A model generated the notes under the pieces. It did not search any database, was not told where the DNA came from, and saw only the letters and a program-made list of their open reading frames with translations. 24,340 nt of DNA. Source: Candidatus Saccharimonadales bacterium (GTDB taxonomy: Bacteria > Patescibacteriota > Saccharimonadia > Saccharimonadales > UBA4665). Below are positions 9,159 to 17,016 of this stretch, piece by piece. How positions within the stretch are numbered: position 1 is the first letter of the stretch; the number at the start of each line of letters is the position of its first letter. The stretch is from contig JBBPZG010000108.1 in assembly GCA_038199095.1 (NCBI GenBank), positions 1-24,340 of the forward strand, read 5' to 3'. Position numbers and translations under genes: made by a program.

Positions 9159-9159
9159 G

Positions 9160-9168
9160 TGCTACTAT
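9160..9168 (+). promoter_or_regulatory. Extended -10 for a probably leaderless pilD mRNA
   Basis: TGc-TACTAT ends 7 nt before ATG 9176; no SD sequence. Confidence 0.5.
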
Positions 9169-9175
9169 ATTGCTA

Positions 9176-10090
9176 ATGATTATTGTTGTGTTACTGGTGA
9201 CCGGGCTGTGTTTTGGTAGCTTTGTGAATGCGTTAGTGTACCGCTTATATACGCAAGCGAGTCAAAAGCCAAAAGTCAAAAAGTCTAAAGCCGCCACAGC
9301 TAGCACTGGCTCAAAAGCCCAGGGACTTTCGACTTTCGACTTTCGACTTTCGACAAAAAGCGAAGACCGCTACTCGATACTTCATGGCAGAAGCATGTGC
9401 CCGCACTGCAAACACGAGTTAAGCGCCCTAGACCTCTTGCCAGTTGTAAGCTGGTTGTGGCTTCGAGGTAAGTGCCGCTACTGCGGCAAGCGTATCTCGG
9501 TGCAGTATCCGTTGGTAGAGCTGGCGACCGCGGCCTTGTTCGTGGTTTCTTACTTGTGGTGGCCGGTAGCTTTCAGCGTGGCGCAAACGGCAATTTTCAT
9601 ACTCTGGTCGGCGCTGCTGGTCGGCTTTATGGCACTGATAGTGTACGACTTACGCTGGAAGCTCCTGCCCAACCGCATTATGTACCCCTTAAGCGTAGTA
9701 GCGGCCCTCATGGCTCTGATTGCAATCATTACGGCCCACAACCCGCTAACAGCGCTCATCAACACCTTTTTCGGCGTCCTAGTGGGCGGCGGTATCTTTT
9801 ACGTGCTGTTCCAGGTGTCAAAAGGCAAGTGGATCGGCGGTGGCGACGTCAAGCTGGGCTGGCTGCTCGGACTAGTAGCCGGTACACCGGCCCGCAGCGT
9901 GCTGTTTATCTTTCTGGCGGCGCTCCTAGGCAGCCTGATTAGTGTATTTTTACTGCTTACCAAACGGCTGCAGCGCAACAGCACCATCCCGTTCGGACCT
10001 TTTCTGATCATTGGGGCTATCATCGTCCAGCTCTTTGGCCACGCCATCCTGCTGTGGTACCAACGCGCCTTTTTGCCTTTTAGCATCTAG
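9176..10090 (+). CDS. pilD: Prepilin peptidase PilD (A24 family)
   Basis: GSFVN, RSMCPHC...GKCRYC Zn motif, YDL and GGGDVKL catalytic Asp motifs, PFGPFL; start reassigned to 9176 because the upstream part of the ORF overlaps the pilin gene and terminator. Confidence 0.92.
   Translation: MIIVVLLVTGLCFGSFVNALVYRLYTQASQKPKVKKSKAATASTGSKAQGLSTFDFRLSTKSEDRYSILHGRSMCPHCKHELSALDLLPVVSWLWLRGKCRYCGKRISVQYPLVELATAALFVVSYLWWPVAFSVAQTAIFILWSALLVGFMALIVYDLRWKLLPNRIMYPLSVVAALMALIAIITAHNPLTALINTFFGVLVGGGIFYVLFQVSKGKWIGGGDVKLGWLLGLVAGTPARSVLFIFLAALLGSLISVFLLLTKRLQRNSTIPFGPFLIIGAIIVQLFGHAILLWYQRAFLPFSI
9261..9354. repeat. 7-bp-periodic hairpin inside pilD (GTCAAAA-type / GACTTTC x4)
   Basis: GACTTTC tandem x4 at 9324-9351, imperfectly complementary to GTCAAAA units at 9261-9290. 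Confidence 0.8.
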
Positions 10091-10147
10091 CCCGTAGTCG
10101 CGACGGTACGCCTGCATATCTGGAGTGCCCGGCTACGAGCTAACAGC
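10089..10147. repeat. GCCCGTAG-family hairpin element, short copy
   Basis: AGCCCGTAG ... CGGCTACGAGCTAACAGCT as in 2773-2867. Confidence 0.75.
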
Positions 10148-10170
10148 TTATCTGCCCTGGCGGTCGATGT

Positions 10171-10185
10171 TGCTTATGCTATACT
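10171..10185 (+). promoter_or_regulatory. Extended -10 promoter for the minor pilin operon (TGCTTATGC-TATACT)
   Basis: TGc-TATACT at 10177-10185. Confidence 0.55.
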
Positions 10186-10235
10186 AAAAGTAATATGAAA
10201 GGTGGAAGCTGGCCTTCATTTGTCGGTTCAATCGT

Positions 10236-11117
10236 ATGCAACACAAAAAAGCTATGTTAACCCAGGGCTACACCATCGTCGAGGTCATGGTCTTTCTGGC
10301 CGTAGCCGGCCTGATGTTTGTGTTGGCGGCAACTTTTATATCTGGTAAGCAGAGCAAAGCTGAATTCAAGCAAGGCATAAACGCCGTCAATACCCAGGTC
10401 CAGCAGGTCATCAGCGACGTCAGCAACGGTTACTACCCTCCCAAGCAAAGCTTCTCCTGCAGCTCTACTGGAGCTCCGAATCTGCAGACTACTACACCTA
10501 ACGAGCAGGGCGCCAATGCAGACTGTGTCTTTTTGGGCAAAGTTATCCAGTTTAGCGACCAACAAGCAGGTATGACGGCTCCAGACCCTGCCGCCTACAG
10601 CATATTCACGGTCGTAGGCAACCAGTTTAAAGATAAAACGACCCTTACACCGCCGACCAACTTTGCGCAAGCCCAGCCGACGGTGGCTTATACCTCTACA
10701 AGGAGTAATGTCAACTTAACCGAGAGCAAACGCCTGGAATGGAGCATAGAGGTGACAAAGATGTATGATGCCAATCAGTCAGGCAATCCTTCGGTTGGCG
10801 CAGTTGGCTTCTTTTCCAGTTTTAGCGGTACTATTAGCGGTTCAGGCTCACAGACGGTTTCGGCGGTGGCAATTCCGAGTTCTAAGCTCAATCTTCCTGA
10901 GTCGAAGATGGTCAGGTGGATAGATGATAGACCAGGTGGCTTAGACAATGCCGCCGCAAACGCGCCAAATCCAAAGATTATCCTGTGCCTTAAGGGCGGT
11001 GTTAATGATTACGGTACGCTCACCATCGGCGGCAGCGACGACCCGAACAGCAGCGGGCAGCGCCTGTCGACCAGCATCCAGATTAGCGCCACACCGATAG
11101 GAGCCTGCCTGCCATGA
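10236..11117 (+). CDS. Minor pilin / pseudopilin
   Basis: QG|YTIVEVMVFLAVAGLMF class III signal. Confidence 0.82.
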   Translation: MQHKKAMLTQGYTIVEVMVFLAVAGLMFVLAATFISGKQSKAEFKQGINAVNTQVQQVISDVSNGYYPPKQSFSCSSTGAPNLQTTTPNEQGANADCVFLGKVIQFSDQQAGMTAPDPAAYSIFTVVGNQFKDKTTLTPPTNFAQAQPTVAYTSTRSNVNLTESKRLEWSIEVTKMYDANQSGNPSVGAVGFFSSFSGTISGSGSQTVSAVAIPSSKLNLPESKMVRWIDDRPGGLDNAAANAPNPKIILCLKGGVNDYGTLTIGGSDDPNSSGQRLSTSIQISATPIGACLP

Positions 11118-11668
11118 TACCGCGGCTCAAGCAGCTTAACCAGGCAGGCGATACCATCGTAGAGGTACTGATAGTGATGGCCGTCCTGGGTCTGGCCTTC
11201 TCTATATCGCTGGCTACAGCCAACAAGGGGCTGACCCAATCGCGTAACGCCGAGGAACACTCCGAGGCCCTGGGCATCATCAACAGCCAGGTCGAGCTGG
11301 TGCGGGCGGCCTTTGCCAATAACCCTGCGTCTGTGCCCTCAGTTACAGCCAACAGTTTTTGTATGTCAAACCCAGCTGATACTACCAAAATACCTCTGCT
11401 GTTACATCGTTATAGTGTAGACCCTAACAATGCAGCTGCTGATGACCTCTCTTCGCTTCCGTCAGGCAACTACCCGAATAACCCGCCCGATAACAGCTGT
11501 GTCCAAAACAACTATTACCACATAAGCGTTACCCACCGGCCTTCCGCCTCTAGCAGCCAGGATTACTTCGACTTTATCGTTCGCTGGGACGGCATCGGTG
11601 GCCTGGGCCGCCAGCAAGAAGAGCTTTCTTACAAAATCAGTGCTATTACGGCGCCGCCCGGGTTTTGA
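11114..11668 (+). CDS. Minor pilin (PilV-like position)
   Basis: AG|DTIVEVLIVMAVLGLAF; ATGA overlap with the previous gene. Confidence 0.78.
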   Translation: MIPRLKQLNQAGDTIVEVLIVMAVLGLAFSISLATANKGLTQSRNAEEHSEALGIINSQVELVRAAFANNPASVPSVTANSFCMSNPADTTKIPLLLHRYSVDPNNAAADDLSSLPSGNYPNNPPDNSCVQNNYYHISVTHRPSASSSQDYFDFIVRWDGIGGLGRQQEELSYKISAITAPPGF

Positions 11669-11684
11669 GTAATCCATAACCACC

Positions 11685-12428
11685 ATGAAAATCACCATAA
11701 AAAACTATAAACTTACACCAGCAAATGATCAGGGTTTCACGATTGTGGAGCTATTAATAGCCATGGCTATACTCTCCATCATCCTGGTGATGTCAACAGT
11801 GGTACTAATCCAGGTAGGCAACCTCTACAGCAAGGGCGTCAACGCAGCCAACTTGCAGAACGCCAGCCGCACAATCGCCGCCGACATCGCCTCTTCGCTC
11901 CAATTTAGCGGTGCTGCGCCGCAAATCTGTGCGGCACCGGCTCAAGACGACCCGACCTGTCCGAACCAATCAACCTCAAAGACTATCCAGGGTGATCCTC
12001 CCGGCTCGCCTCTCCCAATCTACAGTGTATGCATAGGCACCACGCGTTACAGCTATGCCCTAAATCGTGAGCTAGGCACCGATAGCGCCAATGGCTTCAT
12101 AACGCCGCACGTGCTGTGGCGCGACACGCTCAACAACAGCAACGACCTCTGTAGTCCGCTTGATCTAACACAGTCAACCCCAACCGACGGATCAAGCAAG
12201 GGCGACGGCTACGAGATGGCGCCGGCCCACACCAGATTAGGGCGGTTCAAGGTTACGCGCGTGGCCGGCACCAGCAACATCCATACTGTCGACGTCTGGA
12301 TGGATTATGGCGATAGCGACCTCTTAAATATAGCCACCGATGGTAGCGCGACTTGCCAGGGCGGCCAAGGCACGCAATTCTGTTCAACTTCACAAATTAG
12401 CACGACGCTCACAGGAAGGTTATACTAA
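11685..12428 (+). CDS. Minor pilin (PilW-like position)
   Basis: QG|FTIVELLIAMAILSIILV. Confidence 0.82.
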   Translation: MKITIKNYKLTPANDQGFTIVELLIAMAILSIILVMSTVVLIQVGNLYSKGVNAANLQNASRTIAADIASSLQFSGAAPQICAAPAQDDPTCPNQSTSKTIQGDPPGSPLPIYSVCIGTTRYSYALNRELGTDSANGFITPHVLWRDTLNNSNDLCSPLDLTQSTPTDGSSKGDGYEMAPAHTRLGRFKVTRVAGTSNIHTVDVWMDYGDSDLLNIATDGSATCQGGQGTQFCSTSQISTTLTGRLY

Positions 12429-12443
12429 AGTACAATAACGCTT

Positions 12444-13538
12444 ATGAAACGAAAAGTAGTTAGTTTAAGGAGTGACCAGCAGGGTTTTGCAGCCATAGTA
12501 ATCGCCATAGTTCTGGTGTTGGTGCTCAGCCTAATCACCGTCGGTTTTGCCAGCCTGATGCGCAAAGAACAGCGCCAGGCGCTCGACAAACAGCTCTCCA
12601 GCCAGGCTTACTACGCCGCCGAATCGGGTATTAATGATGCCGTCCAGGCATTGAGCAGCGGCTATACGGCAAACAAAATCACCTGCGGGCCTTACGCTGG
12701 CGCTGCTTTACCGCCGGGCTCTGCCTCCCTGAAGGATAATACCGTCGGCACTAACACCGGTGCCAGCTACCCCTGCCTGCTGATTAACCAGACTCCTCCC
12801 TCGTTGGAATACGGGTCTGTGGGCACTACCGTACCGAAAGTGGTTGAGCTGACGGCGGTGGGCCCCGACGGCGTCACCCATGTCCCCATAACATCGATTA
12901 AGGTTAGCTGGGAAGATACCGGCAGCAATACCAACTTTGTCCCCTCGAGCGTTAGCCCAAATTGCCAAAAATTCTTTCCCGCCGGTCCAGCGGCTAACCA
13001 GTGGAGCTATATAGGCCTGCTCAGATTCCAACTTATCCCGGTAGATCTGAAGAATCTCAACCGCGATAGTATCAATAACAGCGCCTACACTACTTTTATG
13101 TGCCCAAATGATGGCACTAACCGGTCTACGCCAGGTAGTGCTAGCTACGGTACGAATACTACCAATGGTGAGATTACTTTCGGCAACTGTAAAAATTCTA
13201 ATCCAGGCCAACCACAGGCCTGTAATGTTTCAATAGGTAGTCTACCTGCAGGCCAAGCCACCTACCTTGTCGACATGCGCTCCATTTACAACCCAACCAA
13301 AGTGACCCTAACCGTTTACGACGCCAGTGGCACCCAACTAAACATTAAGGATGCCCAGGCGCTGGTTGACTCCACCGGCAAGGCCCAGGATGTGCTGCGC
13401 CGTATCCAGGTACGTGTACCCTTGCACAACAACTACGATATCCCGGACGGCACCCACGGCAATGCCGCCATCTGCAAGCAGCTGGACTTAGTACCCTCAG
13501 GCACCCCTAACTTTACCTCTAATAGCCACTGCCAATAA
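12444..13538 (+). CDS. PilX/GspK-like minor pilin
   Basis: QG|FAAIVIAIVLVLV lacking E5, plus QAYYAAESGINDA motif typical of PilX N-termini. Confidence 0.78.
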   Translation: MKRKVVSLRSDQQGFAAIVIAIVLVLVLSLITVGFASLMRKEQRQALDKQLSSQAYYAAESGINDAVQALSSGYTANKITCGPYAGAALPPGSASLKDNTVGTNTGASYPCLLINQTPPSLEYGSVGTTVPKVVELTAVGPDGVTHVPITSIKVSWEDTGSNTNFVPSSVSPNCQKFFPAGPAANQWSYIGLLRFQLIPVDLKNLNRDSINNSAYTTFMCPNDGTNRSTPGSASYGTNTTNGEITFGNCKNSNPGQPQACNVSIGSLPAGQATYLVDMRSIYNPTKVTLTVYDASGTQLNIKDAQALVDSTGKAQDVLRRIQVRVPLHNNYDIPDGTHGNAAICKQLDLVPSGTPNFTSNSHCQ

Positions 13539-13623
13539 CACATAATTTCCATCCCGAATCGACGCCTCCACCTTGTCCTCCGACTCGATAAGACGGTTAG
13601 AGAAAACACTCATTACAAAGGCT

Positions 13624-13670
13624 TCAAGGGTCCGTCCCCTGAGTTTATTTACCAAGGGACGGACCCTTGA
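13624..13670. repeat. 15-bp perfect inverted repeat between convergent genes (terminator or REP-like)
   Basis: TCAAGGGTCCGTCCC-N17-GGGACGGACCCTTGA. Confidence 0.75.
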
Positions 13671-13761
13671 TCGTCTTGATCGTGGGTTCGACGCCTGTCA
13701 TCTGTTTGTCTTTTGTGAGTCCAGCCTTTCATGGGACAACACCAAGCCGGTTTCTAGTAAC

Positions 13762-14670
13762 TTACTTGCGGTGGAACTTCTCGTGGACGGCGCGCAAGTG
13801 CGGGTCGGTCACATGGGTGTAGATCTGGGTGGTGGCGATGTTGCTGTGGCCGAGCATGGCCTGCACGCTCCTTAGGTCGGCGCCGTTCATCAGTAAGTCA
13901 GTTGCGAAGGAATGCCGTAGCGTGTGTGGGCTGACATGCTTGGTAATACCGGCCAGCAGGGCATAGCGCGCTACGATCCGCTGCACGCTGCGAACGGTCA
14001 GGCGGTGGAAGTTGCCCGATAAGTCGACTTGTTTGGTGCCGCTGTAGCGCACAAACAGGGGCTTGGACGTGTCTTGGCGCTTCTGCAAATAGTGCTCAAC
14101 CCATGTGGCGGCTTCGGCACTGATGAAAATCGGCCGGTCCTTCTGGCCCTTACCGCGCACCATAAACTCCCGGCGCTTGAGGTTAATGTGGTCGCGGTCC
14201 AGCCCGACCAATTCGCTTACCCGCAATCCCGAGCTAAATAGCAGTTCTAGGATGGCCCGGTCGCGCACGCCGCTCAGCGTACTAACATCTGGCTGCTCGA
14301 ATACCCGGGCTAGCTCATCTTCGTTTAGGAACGTAACCTGCTTGCGGCGGGTACGGGCCAGCTCAATCTTATCGGCTGGCAGGGCAGTGATGTCGCGCTT
14401 GGCGCAGTATTTCAGGAAACTGCGCAAGGCAATCAGGTGGTAGTTCTGGGTAGCTTTGCCAAGCTCGTCAGAGGTGTTGGTACCCAGCCGGTTGAGCCAG
14501 AGCCGCCACTTACGGATCAGCTCCACGTCCACATCGCTCACCTCAATATCGCCGGCAAAATCGACCAATCTTGTTAGATAATGGTCATAATTCTGGATAG
14601 TCTTCTGCGAGCGGTTCTGCTCAATCTCCAAATATTCCAAAAAATTTGTCTTGGCCCGTGCAAATAGCAT
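13762..14670 (-). CDS. Xer-family tyrosine recombinase
   Basis: Complete catalytic set: SGLRVSEL (R), GKGQK (K), PHTLRHSFAT (HxxR), LGH, TQIYTH (Y); N-terminal SAM-like domain; start at ATG 14670, with TACAAT 6 nt upstream. Confidence 0.92.
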   Translation of the reverse strand: MLFARAKTNFLEYLEIEQNRSQKTIQNYDHYLTRLVDFAGDIEVSDVDVELIRKWRLWLNRLGTNTSDELGKATQNYHLIALRSFLKYCAKRDITALPADKIELARTRRKQVTFLNEDELARVFEQPDVSTLSGVRDRAILELLFSSGLRVSELVGLDRDHINLKRREFMVRGKGQKDRPIFISAEAATWVEHYLQKRQDTSKPLFVRYSGTKQVDLSGNFHRLTVRSVQRIVARYALLAGITKHVSPHTLRHSFATDLLMNGADLRSVQAMLGHSNIATTQIYTHVTDPHLRAVHEKFHRK

Positions 14671-14700
14671 AAGTACATTGTACGACAACCAACTCAAAAC

Positions 14701-15208
14701 CGTCATCCCGGTCAGCCCTTGAACTTGTTTCAAGGCGCGTGACCGGAGGACCCCACCCACACCTCAGCAAAGACTTTCTCCTCCACGTCATCCCGGCACC
14801 CCGATCAAGTCGGGGCACAGGCTCCAGCCGGGACCCAGTCAACAGCACTGCGCAGCACTCCTCATGTCATCCTGAACTAGTTTCAGGACCCATACGAACA
14901 GGTAGTACGTTAGAGACATCACCCTGTCTTCATCCTCAAACCACACCTCTCTTCTCTCCCATTCTTTTTTGGTGGCAAAAAAGAACCAAAAAAGCCACCG
15001 CCTGGACTACTTAGGACTACTTACTACCGTAAGACGCTCCGCTCGTGTCTACACTAAGCTTCACTGAAGCTTAGTGGGTTCCCCAAGCGGCTACCCACTC
15101 TCATATTGCTTTTATTCACGCGGCTTACTGCTAAACAGCCTGCTGCTGTATATACGGGATCCCGGATCAAGCACCTTGAAGCAAGTTCAAGGGCTGTCCG
15201 GGACGACG
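14701..15208. repeat. Cluster of CGTCAT-headed palindromic repeats
   Basis: 14701-14754 is inverted-homologous to 15155-15208; further copies at 14786-14838 and 14866-14891. Confidence 0.8.
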
Positions 15209-15349
15209 CTTGCAGCGCCGGTTTTCCTTTGATGCGGATATAAGGCATCCCGGCACGTCGGGATTATTAAAACTGCCTTCGGCAGGGGTGCTGGAGTAAG
15301 TAATTCTTATCTGTTAATATAAGGGGGACTAAGCAGGAACCTCACACAT

Positions 15350-15814
15350 ATGGAACGAACACTCATTATCGCTAAGCCAGACGCTGTCCAGCGCGGACTT
15401 GTCGGCGAGATTATCAAACGCCTGGAGCTCAAAGGACTTAAACTTATTGGCATGAAGATGGCCAGCCTGGACGAAGCCATGCTGCGCAGCCACTATGCCG
15501 AACACGTCGAAAAGCCATTTTATACCGGCCTGGAAGAATTTATGAAGAGTTCACCAGTCGTCCTCATGGCCTGGGAAGGCTACGAGTGTATCGATTCCGT
15601 CCGCACGCTGGTCGGGGCAACTAACCCGCGCCAGGCTGCGCCGGGTTCCATCAGGGGTGATCTAGCCATCGGCACCGGCCGCAACCTCATCCACGCCTCA
15701 GACTCCAAAGACAGCGGCACAGCCGAGGTCGCCAACTTCTTCGACGCCGACGAGCTATTCGACTACGACAAATCCGAGTACGCCCACATCTACGAAGCCC
15801 ACGAACGCACCTAA
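15350..15814 (+). CDS. ndk: Nucleoside-diphosphate kinase
   Basis: RTLIIAKPDAVQRGLVGEII, PGSIRGD, RNLIHASDS (catalytic His). Confidence 0.96.
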   Translation: MERTLIIAKPDAVQRGLVGEIIKRLELKGLKLIGMKMASLDEAMLRSHYAEHVEKPFYTGLEEFMKSSPVVLMAWEGYECIDSVRTLVGATNPRQAAPGSIRGDLAIGTGRNLIHASDSKDSGTAEVANFFDADELFDYDKSEYAHIYEAHERT

Positions 15815-15832
15815 CCCGAAGCCCGTTCGCCT

Positions 15833-16265
15833 ACGTCATCCTGAACTAGTTTCAGGACCCCGTTCACGCAGACACCGGCCCAAAAGCTTATAAATCACCA
15901 GCTAAATCCTTCAAGTTAGGATTGAGTTCCTTGATAAGGTTGAACTTCCATTCCCGGTGCCAATTCTTAAGTTGTTTTTCTCTGGCAATTGCGCTTTCGG
16001 CGGTGTCCCAAATTTCGTAATACAGCAACTTAGTCGCATTGTACGCATAAGTAAAGCCTTTAATGGAACCTTGCTGGTGCTGGTAAACTCTTTTAAGTAA
16101 GTCACTCGTTATACCTATATAAAGCACTCGGTTGTATTTGTTAGTCATTACATAGATGTAGAACTGGCGTAATTGCATCTAAACTACTGTATAGAAATAG
16201 TATTAACTTGTTATTAAGTCGCTGTAGATTGTATACGGGGTCCTGAAACTAGTTCAGGATGACGT
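15833..16265. mobile_element. GIY-YIG nuclease unit bounded by perfect 31-bp inverted repeats
   Basis: 15833-15863 ACGTCATCCTGAACTAGTTTCAGGACCCCGT is the exact reverse complement of 16235-16265. Confidence 0.6.
15888..16178 (-). CDS. GIY-YIG nuclease family protein
   Basis: YIYVM...LYIGITSDL.KR..QH, AIAREKQLKNW.R.WK..LI...NP pattern. Confidence 0.9.
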   Translation of the reverse strand: MQLRQFYIYVMTNKYNRVLYIGITSDLLKRVYQHQQGSIKGFTYAYNATKLLYYEIWDTAESAIAREKQLKNWHREWKFNLIKELNPNLKDLAGDL

Positions 16266-16296
16266 GTGAGGGGATTCCGTATACAATAACGACCGT

Positions 16297-16371
16297 GTCC
16301 CCATAGTTCAATGGATAGAATACTTCCGTCCTAAGGAATAGATAGCGGTTCGAATCCGTTTGGGGATACCA
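16297..16371 (+). tRNA. tRNA-Arg(CCT)
   Basis: Cloverleaf: acceptor GTCCCCA/TGGGGAT, D-loop with A20, anticodon loop GT-CCT-AA, T arm AGCGG-TTCGAAT-CCGTT, encoded CCA. Confidence 0.88.
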
Positions 16372-16440
16372 CGTTGATGAAGACACTCCGTTTGTGTGTA
16401 ACTCCTCTCGGAAACACTAGATAATGATACAATAATGCTT

Positions 16441-17016
16441 ATGGCACAGGCCAAACAAACAAAGCCTAAATATTTTGAGGACCAGTTCGATGACGAAGAG
16501 GTGTTGTACGTATTCCATAAGCACCCGGTAGTGATGCGTAAAGGCCTGGTGTTTGGCATGCTCGGACCAATGTTCGGTATCATTCCGGCGGCTATTAAGC
16601 CTGATTTAGGCTTCGGCTTCTTCTTTGGCGGGTTAGCGCTCGGCTGTATCCTTGGCTTACTGATTTTCGCACCCAGCTGGATTAGCTGGCACTTCAGCAT
16701 ATTTATCATAACCGACCAACGGTTTATCCAGATCACCCAGAAGGGATTGTTCCACCGCGCGGTAGCCGACCTGGGCCTCAGCCAAATCCAGTCCATTAAC
16801 TACGAGGTCGCGGGGCTGCAAGAGACCCTGCTCGGATTTGGTACAATAAAGATGCAGACCTACGTGGGAGACCTGACGATTCACGACTTGCACCACCCCG
16901 CCAAGATCCAGAAAAAACTTATCGGCATCCTGCGTAAGGAAGGAATTAACACCAACCAATACCCAGCCGGCTCTACAGGGCCAGCCAATGATGAATCCAA
17001 TGAAGAAGAAACCTAA
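16441..17016 (+). CDS. Membrane protein with bacterial PH domain
   Basis: Two TM segments followed by FIITDQRFIQITQKGLF and LLGFGTIK, typical of bPH domains; start may be 16435 or 16441. Confidence 0.7.
   Translation: MAQAKQTKPKYFEDQFDDEEVLYVFHKHPVVMRKGLVFGMLGPMFGIIPAAIKPDLGFGFFFGGLALGCILGLLIFAPSWISWHFSIFIITDQRFIQITQKGLFHRAVADLGLSQIQSINYEVAGLQETLLGFGTIKMQTYVGDLTIHDLHHPAKIQKKLIGILRKEGINTNQYPAGSTGPANDESNEEET

Noticed and set aside
8987-9175. 63-aa N-terminal extension of PilD in the ORF track
   Set aside because: It overlaps the pilin 3' end and its terminator; ATG 9176 has an extended -10 and gives a normal PilD N-terminus.
1-13540. Absence of a PilQ secretin as a novelty
   Set aside because: This is expected for CPR bacteria, which lack a typical outer membrane.
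14671-14760. 30-aa N-terminal extension of the recombinase
   Set aside because: It runs through a palindromic repeat; ATG 14670 has TACAAT 6 nt upstream.
14621-15248. ORFs 14621-14848, 14739-15014 and 15054-15248
   Set aside because: They are translations of palindromic repeat DNA with no protein-like features.
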